From NCBI GenBank assembly GCA_965644315.1, contig CBFFRQ010000064.1, positions 62,001-126,000 on the forward strand: a stretch of DNA of 64,000 bases. Reading direction: 5' to 3'. The position numbers and the translations under genes are program-made. Below are positions 50,396 to 60,005 of the stretch, one piece after another (position 1 is the first letter of the stretch; the number at the start of each line of letters is the position of its first letter). The notes beneath the pieces are model-generated. The model ran no database searches, had not been told where the DNA came from, and was given only the letters and a program-made list of their open reading frames with translations. Source of the stretch: Caecitellus pseudoparvulus (Eukaryota > Protista > Bigyra: Bicosoecida).

Positions 50396-53003
50396 TCAAA
50401 ACATGTCAAACGGATTTGCTTGATCATCTTCTTGGGTGGCAGCTTCGGCAAACGGATCCGTCGCGCTCGCTGGCGCAGGCGCAGGCGCCCCCACACTCCC
50501 CTGTGCAGCAGGCGATGCAGACCCCAAACTGTCAAACGGATCCGCCGCGCTCGCTGGCGCAGGCGCAGGCGCCCCCACACTCCCCTGTGCAGCAGGCGAT
50601 GCAGACCCCAAACTGTCAAACGGATCCGTCGCGCTCGCTGGCGCAGGCGCAGGCGCCCCCACACTCCCCTGTGCAGCAGGCGATGCAGACCCCAAACTGC
50701 CAAACGGATCCGCCGCGCTCGCTGGCGCAGGCGCCCCCACACTCCCCTGTCCAGCAGGCGATGCAGACCCCAAACTGCCAAACGGATCCGCCGCGCTCGC
50801 TGGCGCAGGCGCCCCCACACTCCCCTGTCCAGCAGGCGATGCAGACCCCAAACTGCCAAACGGATCCGCCGCGCTCGCTGGCGCAGGCGCCCCCACACTC
50901 CCCTGTCCAGCAGGCGATGCAGACCCCAAACTGCCAAACGGACCCGCAGCACCAACATGAGAAGGCTTCGGTTCCACTAGTCCTGCAGGTGGCTCTGATG
51001 TCGGTCCCATCCTGGCGTAGGAACCTGCCCCATCCGAAGCTTGGGCAGAAGACCCTCCGCTGGGAGAGCTGGCAAACCCATACGCATCTTGGAAGTCAGC
51101 CGAGCCTGTTGGAGACGTACCGACGCTGGAGCTGGCTTGCGCCACTGGTGACGGCTCTGGCGCTGGCGCTCTGCTCGCGGAAGCTCTGTGGCGGGGAACA
51201 GGTGCCACGTTGCTCCCCTTCAAAGACACAATGCCAGAGAAAGGGTCGGCGGGGGCTGGAGCAGGCTCAGGCTCGGGAGCCGCAGCTTGTGTTGGGGGCG
51301 CCCCATACCCTGGATGCTGTGCATAGCCCTGTCCGTGGTAGGAGGCGTACGGCACTTGCCCTGGGTTGGGTCCTGGGTGCTGCTGTGGCACGTACTGACC
51401 ATGTGGCACTTGGCTTGGGTAGCCTTGGGCCCCAGGCACTGGGCCGGGAGCGTGCACATGCCCCGGGTGCCCTTGCTGCTGCATGTGTGGGTACTGGTGC
51501 TGGGCGTGCTGCAGATAGCCAGCATGGTGTGGCGGGGGCATGCCTGGGTGGCCGTGCCCGGGAGGCAGCTGCAGAGACCCCAATCCGCCGCTGGCGCCCC
51601 GAGCCCTGGCTGTTACGTCAGCAGGGTGACTTCCACGGGAAGGATCTGGCGGGGCGCTCGCCATGTCTGCCACCAGAGCGTCAAACACGCCGAACGAGGA
51701 GGCTCGCTCGCGGTCGCTGGCCATACTTCCCGCCTGGGACATGGTGGACTGGTCCGGCGCCGACCCTGCCATCGCAGGAGTGTACTGCATGTTCAGTGCC
51801 TTCACGTCGGCAAAAGACGGCTTGGGAGCACCTGCTGGTGCCGGTGCTGGTGCCGGTGCTGGTGCACCAAACGGATCCACAGATGCGGCCGGAGCTGGTG
51901 CCGGTGCCGGTGCACCAAACGGATCCACAGATGCGGCCGGAGCTGGTGCCGGTGCCGGTGCACCAAACGGATCCACAGATGCAGCCGGAGCTGGAGCTGG
52001 TGCCGGTGCTGGAGCTGGTGCCGGTGCCGGTGCACCAAACGGATCCACAGATGCGGCCGGAGCTGGTGCCGGTGCTGGTGCACCAAACGGATCCACAGAT
52101 GCAGCCGGAGCTGGTGCCGGTGCCGGTGCACCAAACGGATCCACAGATGCAGCCGGAGCTGGTGCCGGTGCTGGTGCACCAAACGGATCCACAGATGCAG
52201 CTGGAGCTGGTGCCGGCGCTGGTGCACCAAACGGATCCACAGATGCAGCCGGAGCTGGTGCCGGCGCTGGTGCACCGAACGGATCCACAGATGAAGCAAA
52301 AGGATCGCTGGTCACTGCTTCTGTCTGATGGTGGCCGCTGTTGTTGTTGCGAGGGGGGCCAGTGACGGGGATGCCAGGGCTGGATGCAGTGGCTGCTGCT
52401 GCTGTTGACGCAGCCGAGGAGCCTGTGGGGGTCCTGCGGGTAGGGCGCAGCACAGCAGCAGGGCCTTTCTCTCTCAATGCCGCCATGATGTTTTTGTCAA
52501 ACCACTGGCGCCGAGTGTACTTGGCTTCCATGTGGGCCCGAACCTTCGCAGGTTCAGCGGCAGAGGGCTTCGGGTGTGCGGCAGGGTCCCAGGTAGCGTA
52601 CCAAGCCTTGGCTGCAGCTTTGTTGCCAAAGATTTTCTTCATGTGCTGGTCCGAGAAGTCACTCATGCCGACGCCCATGCACCGCGCCCCGAAATCCCGC
52701 CTGCGCACCACGCCGGTGACGTGAGGCGTGTTGACCTGCTAAGCACGAGGCCTCCTCGGCGACCTGCAGGGCGCCCAGCGGCGGGGAACTCACAGGATCC
52801 CAGCACACTGCTCACAGACAAAGGATCCCACGGTGATGTTGGCATAGCGCGTGCCCTGCAGGAGGACGGGGCATGGTGAGGAACTCAGTGCTTGGCGTGT
52901 GAACGCTTCCGGTACGCACCTTTGCCGTGCAATCAAAGCAAGTGTTGTTGCTCTTCTTCCGCATCATGGCCCTCAGTGTAGCTTCATTCTTTTCCGCTGC
53001 CAT
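50396..53003 (-). CDS. ArfGAP-domain endocytic adaptor (AGFG/HRB-like) with DPF repeats and terminal NPF
   Basis: Three exons; zinc finger NNTCFDC...FVCEQCAGILR, GNKAAAKAW, KYTRRQW; about 17 DPF motifs; C-terminal ANPFDMF. Confidence 0.88.
50449..50945. repeat. Coding tandem repeat: 3 x 84 bp plus 3 x 78 bp
   Basis: Unit starts at 50449, 50533, 50617, 50701, 50779 and 50857, with a partial unit at 50935; encodes DPF(D/G)SLGSASPA(A/G)QGSVGAPAP(AP)ASA. Confidence 0.93.
51830..52292. repeat. Coding tandem repeat: nine copies, 48-bp period (one 72-bp interval)
   Basis: cacc(a/g)aacggatcc core at 51865, 51913, 51961, 52033, 52081, 52129, 52177, 52225 and 52273; encodes SVDPFGAPAPAPAPAA. Confidence 0.93.
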
Positions 53004-53319
53004 GGTGAGAGACAAATAGGCTCTAGGCACCAGGAAGCAGGGATCCGAGAGGTGCTTCTCAAGGCGCTGGAGGACGTTGGCGGGCCTTGCGTCGAACCGG
53101 CTCCGGCAAGGGGGGGGGGAGGGGGAGGTCAGACGAGCATCGGCACAGGTCTATCTTTGGTTAAAAGTGTTGAGATCTAAGACAATGTGCGGGACCTGAA
53201 CCACTCACTGAGCGCCCCCTGAGAGTGAAGCTGTTGGGTGGTGCTGGCCATCATTTTCCGCACCTTGTCTGTGGCTGGATCTGGACAGCCAGCGCTGCTT
53301 CTCCACTTTGCCCTGCACA

Positions 53320-54172
53320 ATGGAGCACGTGCTGTTATGGCTGGATAGTAGCGGTGGCAAGAACAAGGTGCTCAAGACTGTGCAGTACTTGCTGAAACTT
53401 GGCTTGGCCCTGAAAGCCGTGCAAGGTGGCACTGCCAAGCGCTGGAAGCGTGTGGCGAGTGCCCTGTCAGCTGCCAGGGCCATCTCAACCTGGGGCGATT
53501 CCCTCGGGGAGCTCCACGATGCCAAGGCGCTTGCCCTCCACCCATCTGCTCTGCTGACTCCATCTGGCTTCCACCAAGCCGTGGACACACTGTCTGACAC
53601 CCGTGCGTAGCTTCGCTGCATGCCCTGCGCTTCACCAGCAAACTGCACTGGCACCTCCCACTCAAACCCCAGTGACCGACATTTCGACCTTGGAACGCGC
53701 GCATGCATTGGAATCGCTTCCTGCTTGGTTCCACCGTGCCAACGACACCTTGTGGGCGTTGGCGGCGGTGCTGGCCTGGCTCAAAGCAGTGCGCCACGCG
53801 TCAGCAGCAGTGCAGGCTTGGCGCGCTGAAGTGCACACGGCAGCAGAAATCATGCGCCAAGTACCTAGCACTCCGCCACGCGGGAGTGGGGCCGCTGCAG
53901 CGGACACCCCACACTCTGCCATGTATGCGGAGCTGGGGGGGACGCCGGCTCAGAACCTGAGCGACCCCTTGCCCAGTCAGCACCGGGAGGCAGTGGATGC
54001 GGCGGGGCAGGTGGCTGTTCTGGCTGTGCTGGGATTCTTGAAGGCCACCTGTGATGCGGCGCAGGCCCTGCCAGGTGTGCTGGATGCAGACCTCCCCCCC
54101 GCGCTGGATGCTGGCGTGGGACTGGCCTCTGCTCTGCTCAGCCTGGCGAAGCTGTCCATGGAGTCAGGGTGA
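53320..54172 (+). CDS. PEX11: Peroxisomal membrane protein PEX11 family
   Basis: LDSSGGKNKVLKTVQY, ASALSAARAI and LKATCDAAQA...GLASALLS; one intron (gtgcgt...cccag, about 53603-53672). Confidence 0.75.
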
Positions 54173-54182
54173 GTGCTTGGAG

Positions 54183-57100
54183 TCAGGGTGAAGGTCGTGC
54201 AGTGGGGCGCTTGGCCAGGCGCAGCACCGTCCCGGCAGACGTTATGGCGAGGGCGCCCAGAGTGGAAGCCAGGCTGCCCGACTCCCATGTCGCGCCCGTG
54301 GGCGGGGGAGCGCTCACATCCAGCACGGGCAAGCCCTCCATGGCACCCTGAACGAGTGCCTCCACATGCACGGCAGACCCCGTTGCGTCGTTCCGGAACA
54401 TGTCCAGAATGTTGTTGAACAATGCAGCATCCGTGGACCGGGACACATACAGCTCCCGCCCTCCCCCTAAGTGCATCCCGTAGCGCCAGGCGATGGAATC
54501 AGGCATGCCTGCAACGGCCGCCACAGACCTGCTCCGATGCAAGGCTGCCGCGTACGCTCGGACCTGGTCGTCCCCATCACCGTCTGCCGTGGCGTATGCG
54601 ATGTCTCCGAGAGGCCCGGCGAACGCCGCTCGGGTCACGTCCACGCCCGGCAGGGCGTTCTTGTGGAGGGGTGAGAAGGTGTTAGGCTTGCCGTGGCGTG
54701 TGGGCAGCACATGCCGCAGGAGGGAGGGGAGGTGCAGTGCCTGCACCAGCCCCCGTCGCGGCGCCAGCAGCACATCCGGACCAGCGAAGCAAGGTCCAGT
54801 GATGAGGCCCAGGGCAGAGGGGGGACACCACAGGGAAACTAAGCAGGTGTTCACCACGGATGTGCCCAGCGCCACTGGCCGCCGTGGACCCCACCAGGCG
54901 CACAAGCCTTCGTACGTCGCACTGGCTGGGTGCAGCATGAGGTTCAGAGCGGCGGTCAGACGCAACAGCTGCGCGGTGAGCACGGCACCTCGCGGCCTCG
55001 TGCCGGGTGCAGGCGCCTCAGCAGGTGGAGCAGCTGATGGCCGGGTGGTCTTGGGCAGTGCTGCATCCAGCATGTGTTTCTCCACGCCAGCTGCGAGGCA
55101 GGCGTGCCACTGGGAGGTGGTGAAGTCGCCGTCGCCGAGGCCAGGGTACAGGCGCCGGAAGGGCAGCCGCTGCATCAGCGAAAGGGTGTTGTCTTCACTC
55201 TCCAGCAACTCCTCGTCCGTGGCCGTGCCCACAGTCAGTTCATACGGGGGCGTGGGGGAGCCTTCTTCCAGAAGGCCAAAGCGGAAGACACTGGGCATAG
55301 CCGGGTCGAAGCCCATGCCCAGAGCCTGCACGCCTCGCCACCCCAGCGCATGCACAGGGCTCAAGGAGTGCACGGCTCGTGCGGCAGGGCCGCTCACAGC
55401 ATGCAAGCTGGTGAAGCCGCTCCTGCCGCTCCCTGCCTGGCGCAAGGAGGAGGCGGCGTGGCGGGACGATGGCAGGCAGGGCAGGGCATTCTGCGCCCAC
55501 GGGTCGTCTGGTGTCAGGTTCAGCCGCCGCAAGAGCTCCGCGTCTTGTCCGTTCGTCGCCCCAGGGGGGCCGGTGCTCGTGGTGCAGCCTTGTGCAGCTA
55601 GGAATTGGCCGCTGGGGTCAAAACGCAACGCCTGCGCTCGGGAGAGCGGACTGCCCCACAACCTACGCACGAGGTTGTCTGTGGTGTTAACAGTGTAGGT
55701 GGACCGGGAGGTGCGCGCGCTGGCTTCAAAGAGCGCCGCCAAACCCTTCAACTTGTCGGAGACTGGGTTGCGGCCAAGCAACCCGACCGCTGCCACGGCG
55801 CCGGTGGCCGAGAGCTTCCCTGTGCAGCGCCCCACGCGGTACCGCAAGGCAGGCGTACCAGAGGTCAAGCACTGCATGATGGGTGCCCAGGCAGGCAGCA
55901 GGCCGTCGCAGTCTAGGGCGGGCGGGCCAACGGCAGGCATGCCTGCCACTGCCCGCAGTAGGGCATGCTTTGCTGCGGCAACCGCTTCTTCAGGTTGGAG
56001 GGAATAGTCGAAGGCATCACTGGCATCAATTCGAGAGGGGGTTGAGAGGAACAGCTGCCAGTGGGGCGGCGGCAGGGGGCCTTCCACGGGGAGCGGAATT
56101 GTGCCTGTTCGGTGCGTTTCCTTGAGCACCTCCGTCAGCGCCAGCACCAACGGGTGGGGGGCCGGTTGGCGTGGGACATGCTGGATCAGCATTCTAAATA
56201 TAACCTGAGCCCCCCAAGTAAGTTCGTCTTCATCTAGCCCCTGCTGTGCGCTCAACGCCGCCTCCGCTCCGCCCCCGAGTGACTCCTCAGCTTGGGCCTC
56301 GGGGGGTGCGTAGTGCTGCTCTCCGGGGCATGATGGCAGCTCTGTCTTCAGGCCATCTTCCAGTAGCCGACCATAACTCACACGGCCTGGTTCCATCTGC
56401 ACGGTTCCGAACTTCCAACCTGGCACCAAGGCACCCGCCTCCTCAAGAGACCGAGCCAGCGTGAAGACATTCAGCTTGCGCACCAAGAGCACACAGTTGC
56501 CAATAGACAGGGCCAGGGTGGTGGTGCCCTGTCCGTCCCCCTCCACAGGCCAGCGTGGCGCATGCCCGGAGCTTGTGTCTGCATGGGGCCGGTGCAGGGG
56601 GGAGAGCTGGGCAGTGGGCGTGAAGGGGCGCCCCCGAGCCACCCAGTCATCCACACCCCCACGATGGAGGGCAATGCGCTGCAGGTCAAGGTGGTAGAAC
56701 AAGGTGTTCGCGCTGAGCCTCCGGCCCGGCAGGTTGTACACCTGTGCTGGAGAGACACCAGGCACTCCTTCGGGCCAGTATGGCGGCTGGGCGTACCGAT
56801 CCCACAAGCGCAGGCAACCATCAAAGGCGCAGGACAAGAAGTACCGCTCGTTCACCACCTCCACGTTCTTCACCTGCACGTCATGCCCCCTGTAGTGCCG
56901 CAGCGCCTTGGACGTGTCGGCCAGCGACCAGTGGGAAATGTCCCCGCCGGCGTCCCCCACCAACAACTCGTCGTTGCCCCAGAAACGGCAAACATTCACG
57001 CCTTCCTCTGATGCGGTGAAGGAAGACAGCGCTTTCCCCGTGGCTCCGTCTAGCACGTGCACGGTGCCAGAGGCGGCCGTGGCAATGGCCAGCGAGCTGT

Positions 57101-57262
57101 GAATGGCAGGGTTGGCAAGTGCCCCACCGCAGCCGCCTCCACAGCACCAGTGACTTACCCATCTGGAGAGTGGATGATCGAGAACAGTTCCCCTTCCTCT
57201 AGATCTTCTGCATGCTTGTGCTCCAGGCGCCTCAAGTAATACTTGATGTCTTTTGCAGCCAT
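54183..57262 (-). CDS. DCAF10: WD40-repeat protein, DCAF10-like N-terminus with long insertions
   Basis: Intron 57097-57158; LFSIIHSPDGS...GVNVCRF...GHDVQVKNVE...SCAFDGCLRLWD resembles the DCAF10 WD blades. Confidence 0.65.
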
Positions 57263-57496
57263 GAGCGGAAATTGGTTGGCAGCTCGCAATCGTTCACGGG
57301 CGCAGCGCCGGGGAGGGCCACAGATGGCAAAGCGCCTATGAGGACAATTTATATTCGTGGCTCCGTTTTGTGGTTAGACATTTTCCTGTCTATGCCCAAC
57401 GCCTCCCCTTTCCCCCGATCTCAGCCGTGCCCAGCATCAGGCGCCGCTCAGGCGTTGCCGGCCTTGCCGCCACCTGCCGGCCCCCAGTGCGCCACG

Positions 57497-57968
57497 ATGG
57501 CTGACAAAGGCCATGCAGTGGCGGTGGGCAAAGATGAGAGTCGTGGTGTCCGGCTGCGCGTGTCCAACTTTCTGGAAGAGGTGAGCTCGCGCCCTCCACA
57601 TGCGTGGCCCGTATTTCCGCACGACACGCCACGCATCTCGCCGCGCTTCACAGCAAGTGCGGAAGGAGTGGCTGGGCATGGCTCGCAAAGCATGCGACCC
57701 CCTCGTGCGTTCCTACTGGCTGTGCCGGAATGAGAGTGGTCTGGGCGTCATTTTCAACTGCCGGCAGCAGCTGGCCAACATGAATGCGTGCCTGGCGAAC
57801 TGGAACGAGGAGCCTGAATTGTACGCCAAGTACAGCGCCAAGCGCCTGCCGGAAGTGCAGGCCAACTTCGCTCAGGGCAAGCCCAACCCCAAGTTCTACG
57901 CTGAGGACGGCACGCCCATCATCCCCAAGGAGTACGAGAAGCTGCACAAGAAGAAGGCGCAGCATTGA
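57497..57968 (+). CDS. CMC1: COX assembly twin-CX9C protein (CMC1-like)
   Basis: Intron 57581-57653; ARKACDPLVRSYWLC....GLGVIFNCRQQLANMNACL twin CX9C. Confidence 0.82.
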
Positions 57969-57996
57969 AGGGGGGGGGTCACACGCCCGCCTGTCC

Positions 57997-59835
57997 TCAG
58001 CGCCCCTCGCCTTCGAAGTACAGGCCGCCCACAGCGGCGTGGCCGCCAGTGACCTGTCCGTCTGCCGCCTGTGCCTGCAGCAGCATGGTCTGCACGAACC
58101 GGAGGGGGGTGGCGCCACCCAGACCCGCTGCCGCCCGAGCCACCTCAGGGGGGGGCTCCACCCCCCCTCGCGCCGGATCCCCCTCGTGGAAGGCGGGAGC
58201 ACCTGCCAACCACCGCGTCATCTGCGCCTGGGCGTCGGCGTACGCCTGTGCCAGGTGCGGGGTGTCGGCACCGTTGGCGGGCGCCAGCAAGGGAACATGG
58301 GGGGGGAAGGCCCCCCCTCCCCCCGCTGGGGCCCCCTGCGCAATCCACCACGCACCCCAATCCACGCTTGCGCCAGAGGACAAGGCGCCCCACGGCGCTG
58401 GTCGGGAGATGAGCGCATTCACCCAGCCCACACTTCGCACCGCCTCGGCCACTGCTGCATCAGGCGAGACCCCCCCCTCTTCCCCCCCTCCCAGCGCCAT
58501 GCTGCGGTGCCAAGCCTCCACATCCAGCAGGCCAGACAGCACCCCCTGCAGCCAGGGTGTGGAGGAGGCCTGCAGGCTCGTGCAGACTGGCGGGCTGGCC
58601 ACAGCTGCCACCGCCATCTCAGCCAGGGGGGACGGCAGCACGTGTAGAATGGCCCGCTCGGGGTCACCGCCCACAGGCTTGCGCAGCGCTTCCAGAGCAG
58701 GGGCGCTGCGCCGTGGAGTCGCTTCCATGCTGCGTTGCAGAGAGGCCAAGGCGGTGGGCGGGTTGGCGAGGGAGAGTTGCCCTGCGCCGTCCTGCGTTGC
58801 TGCAAGGGCGTGTGACTCGCCGGCCCCCCGCGGTGGCAACGCCGCCACGCTCGTTTGCAGGCTGCCTGACGCGACAACAGCTTCCTGGGCGTCTGCCAGC
58901 GCAGAGTAGGCTGCCCTGACGCCGTGCAGGTGCAGGTGTGGCACGATGGCCAGCACTGGCCCTGGGCTGGTCAGCTCTGCGTGGCGTAGGACGTGAGCGA
59001 AGTACACGTGCCTCGCAGCTGCCAGCAGGGGGTGCAGAGCGGACAGGGCGTGCAGCTCTGGGGGAGTCGTGGCTGGGCCGCGCAGGTGAGGCGCCACTAG
59101 CGGCTGGACAGAGGAGTCGGCACTGTGCAGTGCAGTGTGGGTGGCGTGCAGCAGGCGGCAAAGCTGCGGCAGCGTCGTGGACTGCACGACATGGCTCACT
59201 TGTGCCCACAGAGGCAAGTCGCCCAGGAGCACAGATACGTCGCCTGAGCGGCGCTGGGCGGCTGCCACGGCCGTCAGGCAGTCGTGCGCCACGCCGGCCT
59301 CGCCGTCCCACAGCACCACTTGCCCATCACTCTGCCGGCACTGCACGCGGGCGGCGGCCAAGGGGCCTGATAGGATGGCCTCGCGGGCCTCCCATGACAG
59401 GGCTATGTCCTCTGCATGACGACACCGAAGGTCGGTGAAGGTGCGGAGGCTGGGGGCAGGACCGGAGGCATCGAACCAGGCATCGAAATCCGCACCCGGC
59501 TCGGCGCTGGACGTGGACAGCCCCTGCGTCGCCAGGGAGCCATCGGGAGGAGAGAACAGCACAATGCATGCTGGCTTCGTGCGTTGAATGACCTTGTTGG
59601 CCACCTCCACGGCTGGAACCATGCCTGGCTGCGTCCCCAGCACTGTAAGGGTGGGCGAGGCTTGCAGCATCACTGGCGCATAGGCATGGTTGCTTGTGCG
59701 CTGCACCTTCCCTCGCAAGGCCTGCCCAGCGTGGGCCTGTGGCGCGCCCAGACGTGCAGCATAGCCTGAGAACCACCAGCCGTTCTGACCCTGCTTTGCC
59801 GCTGAAGCCGCGGTGGAGGACGCCCCCGCCCCCAT
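57997..59835 (-). CDS. Degenerate TraB-domain-like protein
   Basis: LTVLGTQP...KVIQRTKPACIVL, AVAAAQ...VLLGDLP and ARHVYFAHVL...VLAIVPHLHLHGV follow TraB motif order. Confidence 0.55.
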   Translation of the reverse strand: MGAGASSTAASAAKQGQNGWWFSGYAARLGAPQAHAGQALRGKVQRTSNHAYAPVMLQASPTLTVLGTQPGMVPAVEVANKVIQRTKPACIVLFSPPDGSLATQGLSTSSAEPGADFDAWFDASGPAPSLRTFTDLRCRHAEDIALSWEAREAILSGPLAAARVQCRQSDGQVVLWDGEAGVAHDCLTAVAAAQRRSGDVSVLLGDLPLWAQVSHVVQSTTLPQLCRLLHATHTALHSADSSVQPLVAPHLRGPATTPPELHALSALHPLLAAARHVYFAHVLRHAELTSPGPVLAIVPHLHLHGVRAAYSALADAQEAVVASGSLQTSVAALPPRGAGESHALAATQDGAGQLSLANPPTALASLQRSMEATPRRSAPALEALRKPVGGDPERAILHVLPSPLAEMAVAAVASPPVCTSLQASSTPWLQGVLSGLLDVEAWHRSMALGGGEEGGVSPDAAVAEAVRSVGWVNALISRPAPWGALSSGASVDWGAWWIAQGAPAGGGGAFPPHVPLLAPANGADTPHLAQAYADAQAQMTRWLAGAPAFHEGDPARGGVEPPPEVARAAAGLGGATPLRFVQTMLLQAQAADGQVTGGHAAVGGLYFEGEGR

Positions 59836-60005
59836 GTCGCAGTTCCTGCTATCTCGCACAGCTCGGCGTGCTTCCCAACACGGCAGGCCGGGCTGGTGAG
59901 CCCGGCGGGAATCTTGGGGTGCAAGAAGATGAATTGGTGGCGGGGGTGGAACTGCAGCAGCCCTCTATGGGGTGCAGGGGGGGGGCGGCAGCGCAGCAGC
60001 CTGCT

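Noticed and set aside
50449-52292. Regularly spaced repeats resembling a CRISPR array
   Set aside because: There are no unique spacers; unit lengths are multiples of 3 and encode DPF repeats inside an ArfGAP exon; no cas genes.
50195-52365. Long plus-strand ORFs (712, 368 and 261 aa) over the ArfGAP gene
   Set aside because: These are antisense shadows of GC-rich repetitive coding sequence. The same applies to most overlapping ORFs in the track, such as 8333-9706 and 54493-55698.
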